From Macrostomum lignano (taxonomy: Eukaryota), in assembly GCA_002269645.1 (NCBI GenBank), contig NIVC01004632.1:1-40199 (forward strand): a stretch of 40,199 nucleotides of DNA, read 5' to 3'. The notes under the pieces were generated by a model that saw only the letters and a list, made by a program, of their open reading frames with translations, searched no databases and had not been told where the DNA came from. Below are positions 1 to 14,435 of this stretch, piece by piece (position 1 is the stretch's first letter; each line of letters begins with the position of its first letter). Made by a program: the position numbers and the translations under genes.

Positions 1-89
1 AGTGTGTACTTTGAGCCAATTTGTATTCATTGCCGATTTCTCTACCCCTCTGTACATTAAATCGCAGATACATTTTTCTATTCACACTG

Positions 90-620
90 TACATACGAGT
101 ATAAACCGATGGATTTCCCTACCCCTAGTGTACATGTAAACCCGATGGATTTCCCTACCCCAAAGTGTACATGTAAACCCGATGGATTTCCCTACCCCCA
201 GTGTACATATAACCCCGATGGATTTCCCTACCCCATTGTACATATAAACTCGATGGATTTCCCTACCCCCATTGTACATATAAACCCGATGGATTTCCCT
301 CCCCCATTGTACATATAAACTCGATGGATTTCCCTACCCCAGTTGTACATATAAACCCGATGGATTTCCCTACCCCCATTGTACATATAAACTCGATGGA
401 TTTCCCTACCCAGTTGTACATATAAACCGATGGATTTTCCTACCCCCAATTGTACATATAAACTCGATGGATATCCCTACCCCCAATTGTACATATAAAC
501 TCGATGGATTTCCCTACCCCCAATTGTACATATAAACTCGATGGATTTCCCTACCCCCAATTGTACATATACATGTAAACCCGATGGATTCCTTATTCCC
601 TCAATGTACACATAAACCCG
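90..620. repeat. Minisatellite, ~35-37 bp unit TGTACATATAAACYCGATGGATTTCCCTACCCCCA(A)T
   Basis: About 14 visible tandem copies; probably inside an ERCC2 intron. Confidence 0.95.
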
Positions 621-1096
621 ATGGTTGCAAAAACTACGTGTGATCTGAAATTAAAATACGAGGGACTTCCAAAGTTGGCATCGAGTTTTCTCGGTCCAGT
701 TCAATTATTGCTTTGAACTTTGTCCTTTACGCTCACACGCTATGTATGTGCCTTGAAATTTATGAAAAATCATAACTGGAATATGAATTCTTAACTGTCG
801 CTGTGCAGAAATTAAATGGGACCATGCTTAGCCAGTGCAGTACATATTTGACACACTCAAGGTAATTTTCAGATTAGATAATACGCATGCCCGCACAGAC
901 CCTTGAGGAGTGAGTTTTTTAATGCGGTCATTTTTAAAAACTGTTTTAGACAGTAAACTGGGTTTCATTTGCAACAAATAATTACCTATGTATGAAAAAG
1001 ACATCAGAAAAATTATTTTCGGCTCACGAGACATTGCGGAAGTTTTGGAATTCTGATAAACCCTGAAAAATATCTGGAATTCTATGGCTAAACTGC

Positions 1097-1878
1097 GCAG
1101 GTACTCCTGTAATTCCCCAGGGTTAATTTTCGCAGGCACACTGTAATTCCCCAGTGGCTAAATTGCGCAGGCCCACTGTAATTCCCCAGTGGCTAAATTG
1201 CTCAGGCACACTGTAATTCACCAGTGGCTAAAATATTTAGGCACACTGTAATTCCCCAGTAGCTAAATTGCTCAGGCACACTGTAATTCCCCAGTGGCTA
1301 AATGCACAGGCACAATGTAATTCCCAGTGGCTAAATTGCGCAGGCCCACTGTAATTCCCCAGTGGCTAAATGCACAGGCACACTGTAATTCCCAGTGGCC
1401 AAATTGCTCAGGCACAATGTAATTCCCCAGTGGCTAAATTGCGCAGGCCCACTGTAATTCCCCAGTGGCTAAATGCACAGGCACACTGTAATTCCCAGTG
1501 GCTAAATTGCTCAGGCACACTGTAATTCCCCAGTGGCTAAAATGTTCAGGCACACTGTAATTCCCCAGTAGCTAAATTGCTTAGGCACACTGTAATTCCC
1601 CAGGACTAAACTGCACAAGCACACTGTAATTCCCCCTAGGCTAAATTTCTCAGGCACACTGTAATTCCCCAGGACTAAACTGCACAAGCACACTGTAATT
1701 CCCCCTAGGCTAAATTTCTCAGGCACACTGTAATTCCCCAGGACTGAACTGCACAAGCACACTGTAATTCCCCAGGACTAAACTGCACAAGCACACTGTA
1801 ATTCCCCCTAGGCTAAATTTCTCAGGCACACTGTAATTCCCCAGGACTGAACTGCACAAGCACACTATAATTCCCCAG
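1097..1878. repeat. Minisatellite, ~35 bp unit GCACACTGTAATTCCCCAGTGGCTAAATTGCTCAG, ending at the ERCC2 acceptor
   Basis: About 22 tandem copies with two subtypes; the last unit supplies the AG at 1877-1878. Confidence 0.95.
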
Positions 1879-2061
1879 GAAAACCTAAGCGAGGCTGTAC
1901 TCAATCTCTCAGTGGACGAAGCCGTGCAAATATCTCGCCGATTTCTCAAACAAATGGCCCAGCCGTTCACCCGTCAGGATCAGCTGGGCGTGTCGCTGCT
2001 CACCCTGGAACAGCTGCGCGACATTGAAATGCAGCGCAGATACGCCAATGAAGCCGGCTAA
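1879..2061 (+). CDS. ERCC2: Terminal coding exon of TFIIH helicase XPD (upstream exons outside the window)
   Basis: After AG 1877-78 the frame reads [60 protein letters not shown], matching the recalled XPD C-terminus [39 protein letters not shown]. Confidence 0.93.
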   Translation, partial: ENLSEAVLNLSVDEAVQISRRFLKQMAQPFTRQDQLGVSLLTLEQLRDIEMQRRYANEAG

Positions 2062-2694
2062 CTACTAACCGCTAGTAGTATGCTAGTAATATGTTTAATC
2101 TAATCTTAAACTGACTGTTCGTGTTTCTTACTAAGTACGCCTCCCCAACCTTTAATTTCTATGCAAGATTAAAAAGTTGTTTGCGTTCGAAAGTCCCTGC
2201 AACTGCCTTTCTTTTCAGGCTTACAAAAATAGCTTACGCATTCTCTCTTACTACTGAACAGACAGTAGAGAAACTGCTCTACCAAAAAAGTACGCCTGAG
2301 TGTCCCACCTAGTTATTATTGTATTTGTACTACATGTCTGTTAAATAACAAAATAATTATGCATTTAATCATAACATGTAATTATTAACCGGTTCATCCT
2401 TTCCATATGAACGATTTGCTGGTATTTTTGTATTATTCTCCTTGCTAGAATTTATTCCCTAACATTATCTGTTGACGTACAACCGGTTGCCATTATATTT
2501 TCTATTTGTCAACAAAGCGCTGTTTGTTAAGTATATAGCTCTTTGACTCTGATTTTTTGTTCTGCAACAATGCAAACTTCGTAACTTTGATTTAGTCTTG
2601 TAGTAAAACAGACAACATTGTTAAATAATTGCGTTTTTTCTCCTTGCAGTATCTTCAAAAATAGTTATGAGCCTTAGCCTTAAGACAATAACCC

Positions 2695-3340
2695 TCACTT
2701 CCATAGCTAAACTCATGTTCCAGTGTACACTCTCGTCCCTAGCCAAACTCTTGCCCCAATGTACACTCACTTCCCTAGCCAAACTCTTGCCCCAATGTAC
2801 ACTCACTTCCCTAGCCAAACTCTTGCCCCAATGTACACTCACTTCCCTAGCCAAACTCTTGCCCCAATGTACACTCACTTCCCTAGCCAAACTCTTGCCC
2901 CAATGTACACTCACTTCCCTAGCCAAACTCTTGCCCCAATGTACACTCACTTCCCTAGCCAAACTCTTGCCCCAATGTACACTCACTTCCCTAGCCAAAC
3001 TTTTGCCCCAATGTACACTCACTTCCATAGCCAAACTCTTGCCCCAATGTACACCCACTTCCATAGCCAAACTCTTGCCCCAATGTACACTCACTTCCCT
3101 AGCCAAACTTTTGCCCCAATGTACACTCACTTCCATAGCCAAACTCTTGCCCCAATGTACACCCACTTCCATAGCCAAACTCTTGCCCCAATGTACACTC
3201 ACTTCCATAGCCAAACTCTTGCCCCAATGTACACCCACTTCCATAGCCAAACTCTTGCCCCAATGTACACCCACTTCCATAGCCAAACTCCTGCCCCAAC
3301 GTACACTTAGTTCCCTAACCAAACTCTTGCCACAATATAC
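2695..3340. repeat. Minisatellite, 36 bp unit CCCCAATGTACACTCACTTCCCTAGCCAAACTCTTG
   Basis: About 17 copies; explains the 12-aa periodic ORFs at 2621-3374. Confidence 0.97.
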
Positions 3341-3369
3341 AATCGCTTCACAGGCCAAAAAGACTGTAC

Positions 3370-3375
3370 AATAAA
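3370..3375 (+). terminator. Candidate polyadenylation signal AATAAA (ERCC2)
   Basis: AATAAA about 90 nt upstream of the acceptor-like TTTATTTTATTATCAG at 3451-3466. Confidence 0.4.
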
Positions 3376-3488
3376 TGCAAATGCGTAAAAGTAAAAATAT
3401 CTCTTCATTTACAATTAAATTGACGCGATAAAGTCTGCTAATGTTTCAGATTTATTTTATTATCAGCGCCAATCTAATCCTATAAAAG

Positions 3489-6015
<2,527 letters not shown>

Positions 6016-6104
6016 TGGACTATCTGCATTTGGTGATGACATTAGGTTTCTGCTGGCTATCGCTTGTAGCGCTTGTTTTCAGGGGTTTGGTTTCAAGCCC
6101 CGAC

Positions 6105-6122
6105 AGGCAGGCAGACAGATAA

Positions 6123-6207
<85 letters not shown>

Positions 6208-6216
6208 TAGACAGAG

Positions 6217-6293
<77 letters not shown>

Positions 6294-6348
6294 GGCAGGC
6301 AGGCAGACAGACAGGCAGGCAGACAGGCAGGCAGACAGATAGACAGAG

Positions 6349-6382
<34 letters not shown>

Positions 6383-6500
6383 GCAGGCAGGCAGACAGAC
6401 AGACAGACAGACAGACAGACAGGCAGACAGACAGACAGACAGGCAGGCAGGCAGACAGACAGACAGACAGACAGGCAGGCAGACATGCAGAGACAGGCAG
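6105..6500. repeat. (ACAG)n/(GCAG)n microsatellite downstream of the SPTLC1 stop
   Basis: Direct inspection. Confidence 0.97.
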
Positions 6501-7284
6501 ACAATTCAGGACACACTTTTCAGTCCCTATTCTCTGTTACACTTCTCCTGCAGCTAATTAGGATTGCGGCGTCATTTCTCGTTTGTCGTTTCCTGTATGC
6601 GATGCCACATTTTACTAGCGTGTGTTATTCTAGCAGTGATTAGTTGAATGACTTTGTTACAGTTTACAAATTGACTGACTACTATAAGTACGACGTAAGT
6701 AGCAATGTTTTTATGTAGAGAGCAATTTTACCTGATTGACCTTTGCTTTATGCTTTGCTTGCGCTTTGTTAATTTAGTTCATTTGATTCGGACAAAACTG
6801 TTGTGTCACTGCACTGTTTAATAAATCAGATATTTTGTATTAAAAAAGTTAAACCGATAAAAATGCAGCATTGCCATCCTTTGGTTCCACAATTATTCTA
6901 GGTAACTGACTACTTATACATTTTACGAGTAGTACTATCTACTGAAATTTCTTACTGACTTTTAATTTATCTTTCTAAATTATTATTTAATTCTTTAACA
7001 GTAACATAATTGATAAAGTCTGTTAAAGCCATTCCACTTGATCTGTTTTTTTATGTATTTGTCGGTAATTTAGTACTACAAGTAGTTGATAAAGTAGTAG
7101 TAGATATAGAAAATTCATTCAATTTTTGGTGCTGTATTGGTTCAAAAAGATTTCTAGTGCAGACTTATAGAATTATTGAGAAAGTAAAATGTTGGAATGC
7201 CTATTCTTGGAAATTTATTTCCTAAAATTCAACACAGACTACTTATTTGTATCTACTTGTACTTTTACTTGCTCTGGTAGACTT

Positions 7285-7420
7285 CTGCTACTGATCCACC
7301 TGATCAGCTGACCCACCTGATCTACTGATCCACCTGATCTACTGATCCACCTGATCTACTGACCCACCTGATCTACTGACCCACTAGATCTACTGACCAA
7401 CTGACCCCCCTGATCTACAA
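7285..7420. repeat. 17 bp tandem repeat CTACTGATCCACCTGAT
   Basis: About 7 degenerate copies. Confidence 0.85.
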
Positions 7421-7904
7421 GTGACCAAAGTTGATCAGTTGCATTGCGTAAATTTTGAGTCGCTTTCACTGGCACTTTGTATTTTGTCGATATTTGTGTA
7501 GTACCAACTTTTTGTTCGACTGCGACTTTCCTTCCTTACCTGCCTATCAGTGAGTTTCTGAGTTCAAATCTTTCTCGTGCCTAGAAATGCTTTATGTTGC
7601 TTCATTTTGTACTTTTTAATGATTTATTGCGCTCTAACTTCCACTGACTCGCACTAAGTTGCACTGGTTTCTTACTCTACTTTTATATCGTATTATTTAT
7701 GCTTGAACTTATTGGCGCGGGGCTCCCGTGCTGCCATTTGTGAAGGCGCTGAACGGCTCAACTGTCTGCAGAAATAAATAAATTAAAACTATGTTGGAGT
7801 AATGTTTGTACTATTGATAGCAGGACACGTTTGGCTTTGATAGCTTAACTGCATTATGCGATAACTGGCTTGCTGTTCTGCGAATTCCCCGTTGCTTCTT
7901 TTTT

Positions 7905-8022
7905 GCCATCTGTCTGTCTGTGTGTCTGTCTGCCTGTGTGTCTGCCTGTGTGTCTGTCTGTCTGTCTGTCTGCCTGTGTGTCTGTCTGCCTGTGTGTCTG
8001 TCTGTGTGTCTGTCTGCCTGTG

Positions 8023-8061
<39 letters not shown>

Positions 8062-8130
8062 GTGTCTGTCTGTCTGTCTGTCTGTGTGTCTGTCTGCCTG
8101 TGTGTCTGTCTGTGTGTCTGTCTGCCTGTG

Positions 8131-8197
<67 letters not shown>

Positions 8198-8234
8198 GTG
8201 TCTGTGTGTCTGTTTGTGTGTCTGTCTGCCTGTG

Positions 8235-8269
<35 letters not shown>

Positions 8270-8336
8270 GTGTCTGTCTGTCTGTCTGTCTGGCTGTCTG
8301 TCTGTCTGTGTGTGTGTCTGTGTCTGTCTGGCTGTG

Positions 8337-8367
<31 letters not shown>

Positions 8368-8518
8368 GTGTCTGTTTGTGTCTGTCTGCCTGTGTGTCTG
8401 TCTGTCTGTCTGTCTGTGTGTCTGTTTGTGTCTGTCTGCCTGTGTGTCTGTCTGTCTGTCTGTCTGTGTGTCTGTTTGTGTCTGTCTGCCTGTGTGTCTG
8501 TCTGTCTGTCTGTCTGTG

Positions 8519-8549
<31 letters not shown>

Positions 8550-8630
8550 GTGTCTGTGTGTCTGTTTGTGTGTCTGTCTGTCTGTCTGTCTGTCTGTGTG
8601 TCTGTCTGCCTGTGTGTCTGTCTGCCTGTG

Positions 8631-8665
<35 letters not shown>

Positions 8666-9002
8666 GTGTCTGTGTGTCTGGCTGACTGTCTGTCTGTCTG
8701 GCTGTCTGTGTGTGTGTCTGTGTCTGTCTGGCTGTGTGTCTGTCTGTCTGTCTGTCTGTCTGTGTGTCTGTTTGTGTCTGTCTGCCTGTCAGTCTGTCTG
8801 TCTGTCTGTGTGTCTGCCTGTGTGTCTGTCTGTGTGTCTGTCTGTCTGTCTGTGTGTCTGTCTGTCTGTCTGTGTGTGTGTCTGTGTGTCTGTCTGTCTG
8901 TGTGTCTGTCTGCCTGTGTGTCTGCCTGTGTGTCTGTCTGTGTGTCTGTCTGCCTGTGTGTCTGTCTGCCTGTGTGTCTGTCTGTGTGTCTGTCTGCCTG
9001 TG

Positions 9003-9041
<39 letters not shown>

Positions 9042-9106
9042 GTGTCTGTCTGTCTGTCTGTGTGTCTGTCTGCCTGTGTGTCTGTCTGTGTGTCTGTCTG
9101 CCTGTG

Positions 9107-9165
<59 letters not shown>

Positions 9166-9202
9166 GTGTCTGTGTGTCTGTTTGTGTGTCTGTCTGCCTG
9201 TG

Positions 9203-9237
<35 letters not shown>

Positions 9238-9548
9238 GTGTCTGTCTGTCTGTCTGTCTGGCTGTCTGTCTGTCTGTGTGTGTGTCTGTGTCTGTCTGGC
9301 TGTGTGTCTGTCTGTCTGTCTGCCTGTCTGTCTGTCTGTGTGTCTGTTTGTGTCTGTCTGCCTGTGTGTCTGTCTGTCTGTCTGTCTGTGTGTCTGTTTG
9401 TGTCTGTCTGCCTGTGTGTCTGTCTGTCTGTCTGTCTGTGTGTCTGTCTGTCTGTCTGTGTGTCTGTCTGTCTGTCTGTCTGTGTGTCTGTCTGTCTGTG
9501 TGTCTGTCTGTCTGTCTGTCTGTCTGTGTGTCTGTGTGTCTGTTTGTG

Positions 9549-9591
<43 letters not shown>

Positions 9592-9895
9592 GTGTCTGTC
9601 TGCCTGTGTGTCTGTCTGTCTTGTGTCTGTCTGTCTGTCTGTGTGTCTGTGTGTCTGGCTGACTGTCTGTCTGTCTGGCTGTCTGTGTGTGTGTCTGTGT
9701 CTGTCTGGCTGTGTGTCTGTCTGTCTGTCTGTCTGTCTGTGTGTCTGTTTGTGTCTGTCTGCCTGTCAGTCTGTCTGTCTGTCTGTGTGTCTGCCTGTGT
9801 GTCTGTCTGTGTGTCTGTCTGTCTGTCTGTGTGTCTGTCTGTCTGTCTGTGTGTGTGTCTGTGTGTCTGTCTGGCTGTGTGTCTGTCTGTCTGTT
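7905..9895. repeat. 2 kb compound (TCTG/TGTG/CCTG)n microsatellite
   Basis: Source of the CLSV/TDRQ artefact ORFs. Confidence 0.98.
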
Positions 9896-10384
9896 TCATT
9901 CACCATATGGCCTGGACCTTCAGCATGCCTAGGTTACCTGGAACTTAGAGAGAAAGTCCAAAGCAATTAGGGAATTGAATCTCTGTGAAAAGTCGCAAAA
10001 TTTATGACTTGGGACTGAATGGTCAATTAGTGAATCGTGACTCTGTAAAAAGATTTGATAAATTAAATAAGTTGGCTCATTGAACACCTGACTTGGAACA
10101 AACAAGTGGCAAAATATAATCCTAAATTTCCTAGTTCAGTTTAATGCAATTCGAATCTTGGGGGGGGATGCGGAGAAAAGACTGGAGGACATCTTTGGGA
10201 TTTTCTATCTGAACCATCTAATCTATCACAGGTGCTTCCAGCAGCTCAACATTTAGAGGAAAGTTAGGCCTTGGATTATTGTAAGAACTGCATGTATGAT
10301 GCTCAGATTTTGGGGAAATTTGAGTAGCCATGGTCCTCAGATAATATGTCAAATGTCAAGGACATGATATGGGACAAATGGACG

Positions 10385-11258
10385 TGAAGGACTCTGGTCC
10401 TCAGATAAGAGCCGTGAAGGACTCTGGTCCTCAGATAGGAGAGCCGTGAAGGACTCTGGTCCTCAGATAAGAGAGCCGTGAAGGACTCTGGTCCCCAGAT
10501 AAGAGAGCCGTGAAGAACTCTGGTCCTCAGATAAGAGAGCCGTGAAGGACTCTGGTCCTCAGATAAGACAGCCGTGAAGGACTCTGGTCCTCAGATAAGA
10601 GAGCCGTGAAGGACTCTGGTCCTCAGATAAGAGAGCCGTGAAGGACTCTGGTCCTCAGATAAGAGAGTCGTGAAGGACTCTGGTCCTCAGATAAGAGAGC
10701 CGTGAAGGACTCTGGTCCTCAGATAAGAGAGCCGTGAAGGACTCTGGTCCTCAGATAAGAGAGCCGTAAAGGACTCTGGTCCTCAGATAAGAGAGCCGTG
10801 AAGGACTCTGGTCCTCAGATAAGAGAGCCGTGAAGGACTCTGGTCCTCAGATAAGAGAGCCGTGAAAGACTGGTCCTGAGATAGGAGAGCCGTGAAGGAC
10901 TCTGGTCCTCAGATAAGAGAGCTGTGAAGGACTCTGGTCCTCAGATAAGAGAGCCGTGAAGGACTCTGGTCCTCAGATAAGAGAGCCGTGAAGGACTCTG
11001 GTCCCCAGATAAGAGAGCCGTGAAGGACTCTGGTCCTCAGATAGGAGAGCCGTGAAGGACTCTGGTCCTCAGATAAGAGAGCCGTGAAGGACTCTGGTCC
11101 TCAGATAGGAGAGCCGTGAAGGACTCTGGTCCTCAGATAAGAGAGCCGTGAAGGACTCTGGTCCTCAGATAGGAGAGCCGTGAAGGACTCTGATCCTCAG
11201 ATAAGAGAGCCGTGAAGGACTCTGGTCCTCAGAAAAGAGAGCCGTGAAGGACTCTGGG
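10385..11258. repeat. 32 bp minisatellite GAGAGCCGTGAAGGACTCTGGTCCTCAGATAA
   Basis: About 27 near-identical head-to-tail copies with no spacers. Confidence 0.97.
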
Positions 11259-11774
11259 TCTTTAATCCTCAGCTAGAATCGAGCTAAGAGCTAAAAAGTC
11301 CCTTTTAAAAGTACCGAGCATAAGCGAAGTCAGTGCAGTGCGTGAAATCGAGTTTTTTAGCCCTGAAAGCCGTTCCATTAAAGCGCCTTTACCTGCCTGC
11401 CGGGTTCCACCTCTGTCCGGCCGGTTCGTGAGTAAGAGCGAGGAGTCCAGCGGCTTGAGGGGGCATGCAGGAAGACTGAAGGGATAATTAATTAGAGCGG
11501 TTAGACAGGAGCAGCCGGAGGAAAGATCGGGATTATAAGTCAGGCTCTTGAATACGCCTTGAGACTCAGTGAGAAATCTTGAGCAGAGGGAGTAGCGGAA
11601 ATCTGCCAACACCTCCCCCTCCAGGCTGAATGCAGGACGTTTCCGTGTGCAGTGTGATTATTCTTTGTTAATTGTCAGATAAACTGTTGCTTCATGCTGC
11701 GACTGTGAGACACAAATTCTATCAATAGTACTTCTGCAGTGAGCTCTGTTGGGCCTTGATCGCATTTTCTCCCT

Positions 11775-12750
11775 CTTCTTTTCTCCCTCTCTTTATCTAC
11801 CTCTCCTTAACTCCCTCTCCTTATCTCCCTCTCCTTTTCTCCCTCTCTTTATCTCCCTCTCCTTATCTCCCTCTCCTTTTCTCCCTCTCCTTATCTCCCT
11901 CTCCTTATCTTCCTCTCCTTATCTCCCTCTCCTTATCTCCCTCTCCTTATCTCCCTCTCCTTATCTCCCTCTCCTCATCTACCTCTCCTTATCTCCCTCT
12001 CCTTATCTCCCTCTCCTTATCTCCCTCTCCTTATCTCCCTCTCCTTATCTCCCTCTCCTTATCTACATCTCTACTTATCTCCCTCTCCTTATTTCCCTCT
12101 CCTTATCTACCTCTCCTTATCTCCCTCTCCTCATCTACCTCTCCTTATCTCCCTCTTCTTATCCCCCTCTCCTCATCTACCTCTCCTTATCTACCTCTCT
12201 ACTTATCTATCTCTCCTCATGTACCTCTTCTTATCTCCCTCTCATTATCTACCTCTCCTTATCTCCCTCTCCTTATCTCCCTCTCCTTATCTCCCTCTCC
12301 TCATCTACCTCCCCTTATCTCCCTCTCCTTATTTAACCTCATTATCTCCTTCTCCTTATCTCCCTCTTCTTATCCCCCTCTCCTCATCTACCTCTCCTTA
12401 TCTCCCTCTTCTTATCCCCCTCTCCTCATCTACCTCTCCTTATCTACCTCTCTACTTATCTATCTCTCCTTATGTACCTCTTCTTATCTCCCTCTCATTA
12501 TCTAACTCTCCTTATCTCCCTCTCCTTATCTCCCTCTCCTTATCTCCCTCTCCTCATCTACCTCTCCTTATCCCCCTCTTCTTATCTCCTTCTCCTCATC
12601 TACCTCTCCTTATCTACCTCTCTACTTATCTATCTCTCCTTATGTACCTCTTCTTATCTCCCTCTCATTATCTACCTCTCCTTATCTACCTCTCCTCATC
12701 TACCACTCCTTATCTCCCTCTCCTTATCTACCTCTTCTTATCTCCCTCTG
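11775..12750. repeat. Polypyrimidine minisatellite, ~14 bp unit CTCTCCTTATCTCC
   Basis: About 1 kb of almost G-free sequence. Confidence 0.95.
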
Positions 12751-13253
12751 AGTCCACACTCTACCTATATTTTTTCTTTCCCTCGACTCCAAATCTCAAT
12801 TATTTTCTTCTGTCGCTTCCAATCCCAAACGCCCCGTCTGCCTGTCTTCAAGAGTCAATCAAGTCGCCTCGCCACTTCAACTCAGACGCCATCCAGCCTT
12901 CTTCATCAATCTCTCTTTTTTTTGAAAAGTTTCCTTCCACTAAGACTCTACCGCAAGCTCTGCGCCCTGGCAGTGACAGAGTTAAGTTGAGCCTCGCTTA
13001 AGTTAAGACAAGTGTTTAAATTAGTGAGAGCAAAATTTAAATGACAGACAGACGGACAAAAATCGGCAGAGTGCACTTTTATGTGTGTTTTTCATACCCA
13101 GTTGGAAAATTACACACAATCTTTAGTTGCTGGAGATAGCGAGTACAGTATATTATAAAAAATGCCATAATCTCCAAGTGTTCCACCTTATTATAATTAC
13201 TACTCACGTGGTCCTTGAGTGGAAGATCAGGAGCTCAGTGCATGGAAATCAAG

Positions 13254-13390
13254 GACCTATGGATAATTGGTCTGGAAGCCAGCCAGAGTCTACGATTTCT
13301 TTATCAGAATTCAATTTTGATTCGATGCGACGAATATCCGTTTCTTACCGACCTCAAGCTCATTTCTAAGAAAAACGTTGTCCATGGTTC
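13254..13390 (-). mobile_element. Degenerate copy of a small MITE-like dispersed repeat, related to 22732-22950
   Basis: The reverse complement shares CCATGGACAAC..TTAGAAATGAG..GTAAG.AACG.AT..TCG.ATCG..ATTGAATTC with the 22732 copy. Confidence 0.5.
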
Positions 13391-13668
13391 TTGAAAAAAT
13401 GGCTTCTAGTCCAAGTCTCTATAGAATTCTATGGTAAAAAGAATACAAGTATAAAGTATATTAAGCCTGGCTGACATCAGGCTTGTTGAAAAGGATAGAA
13501 AACATGTAGAAAAGGATACACTATAAGGATACGGACACTGCGTACGATTTTAAATAAGCATCGCACAGTATTGAGAGGGCGTCGAACTTCAAATTTGTGA
13601 AAATTACAATTGAAGGCCTAATCTGCAGTCTAGCGAGATAAAAGAATTCCAGTTTTTTAAGCTAAAGC

Positions 13669-14430
13669 TCCGTGTCTCACTCCGTGTCTCACTCCGTGTC
13701 TCACTCCGTGTCTCACTCCGTGTCTCACTCCGTGTCTCACTCCGTGTCTCACTCCGTGTCTCACTCCGTGTCTCACTCCGTGTCTCACTCCGTGTCTCAC
13801 TCCGTGTCTCACTCCGTGTCTCACTCCGTGTCTCACTCCGTGTCTCACTCCGTGTCTCACTCCGTGTCTCACTCCGTGTCTCACTCCGTGTCTCACTCCG
13901 TGTCTCACTCCGTGTCTCACTCCGTGTCTCACTCCGTGTCTCACTCCGTGTCTCACTCCGTGTCTCACTCCGTGTCTCACTCCGTGTCTCACTCCGTGTC
14001 TCACTCCGTGTCTCACTCCGTGTCTCACTCCGTGTCTCACTCCGTGTCTCACTCCGTGTCTCACTCCGTGTCTCACTCCGTGTCTCACTCCGTGTCTCAC
14101 TCCGTGTCTCACTCCGTGTCTCACTCCGTGTCTCACTCCGTGTCTCACTCCGTGTCTCACTCCGTGTCTCACTCCGTGTCTCACTCCGTGTCTCACTCCG
14201 TGTCTCACTCCGTGTCTCACTCCGTGTCTCACTCCGTGTCTCACTCCGTGTCTCACTCCGTGTCTCACTCCGTGTCTCACTCCGTGTCTCACTCCGTGTC
14301 TCACTCCGTGTCTCACTCCGTGTCTCACTCCGTGTCTCACTCCGTGTCTCACTCCGTGTCTCACTCCGTGTCTCACTCCGTGTCTCACTCCGTGTCTCAC
14401 TCCGTGTCTCACTCCGTGTCTCACTCCGTG
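13669..14430. repeat. Perfect 12 bp array (TCCGTGTCTCAC) x63
   Basis: No variant units seen; begins a few nt after the stop of the minus-strand gene. Confidence 0.98.
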
Positions 14431-14435
14431 CGCAG

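Noticed and set aside
7854-9970. Very long ORFs (up to 692 aa; CLSV/TDRQ repeats), and similar ones at 2621-3374, 11749-13001, 13604-14448, 34712-35419, 37876-38688
   Set aside because: Stop-free translations of tandem repeats; no splice or homology support
10385-11258. CRISPR-like 32 bp partly palindromic repeats
   Set aside because: Head-to-tail with no spacers, no cas genes, eukaryotic context
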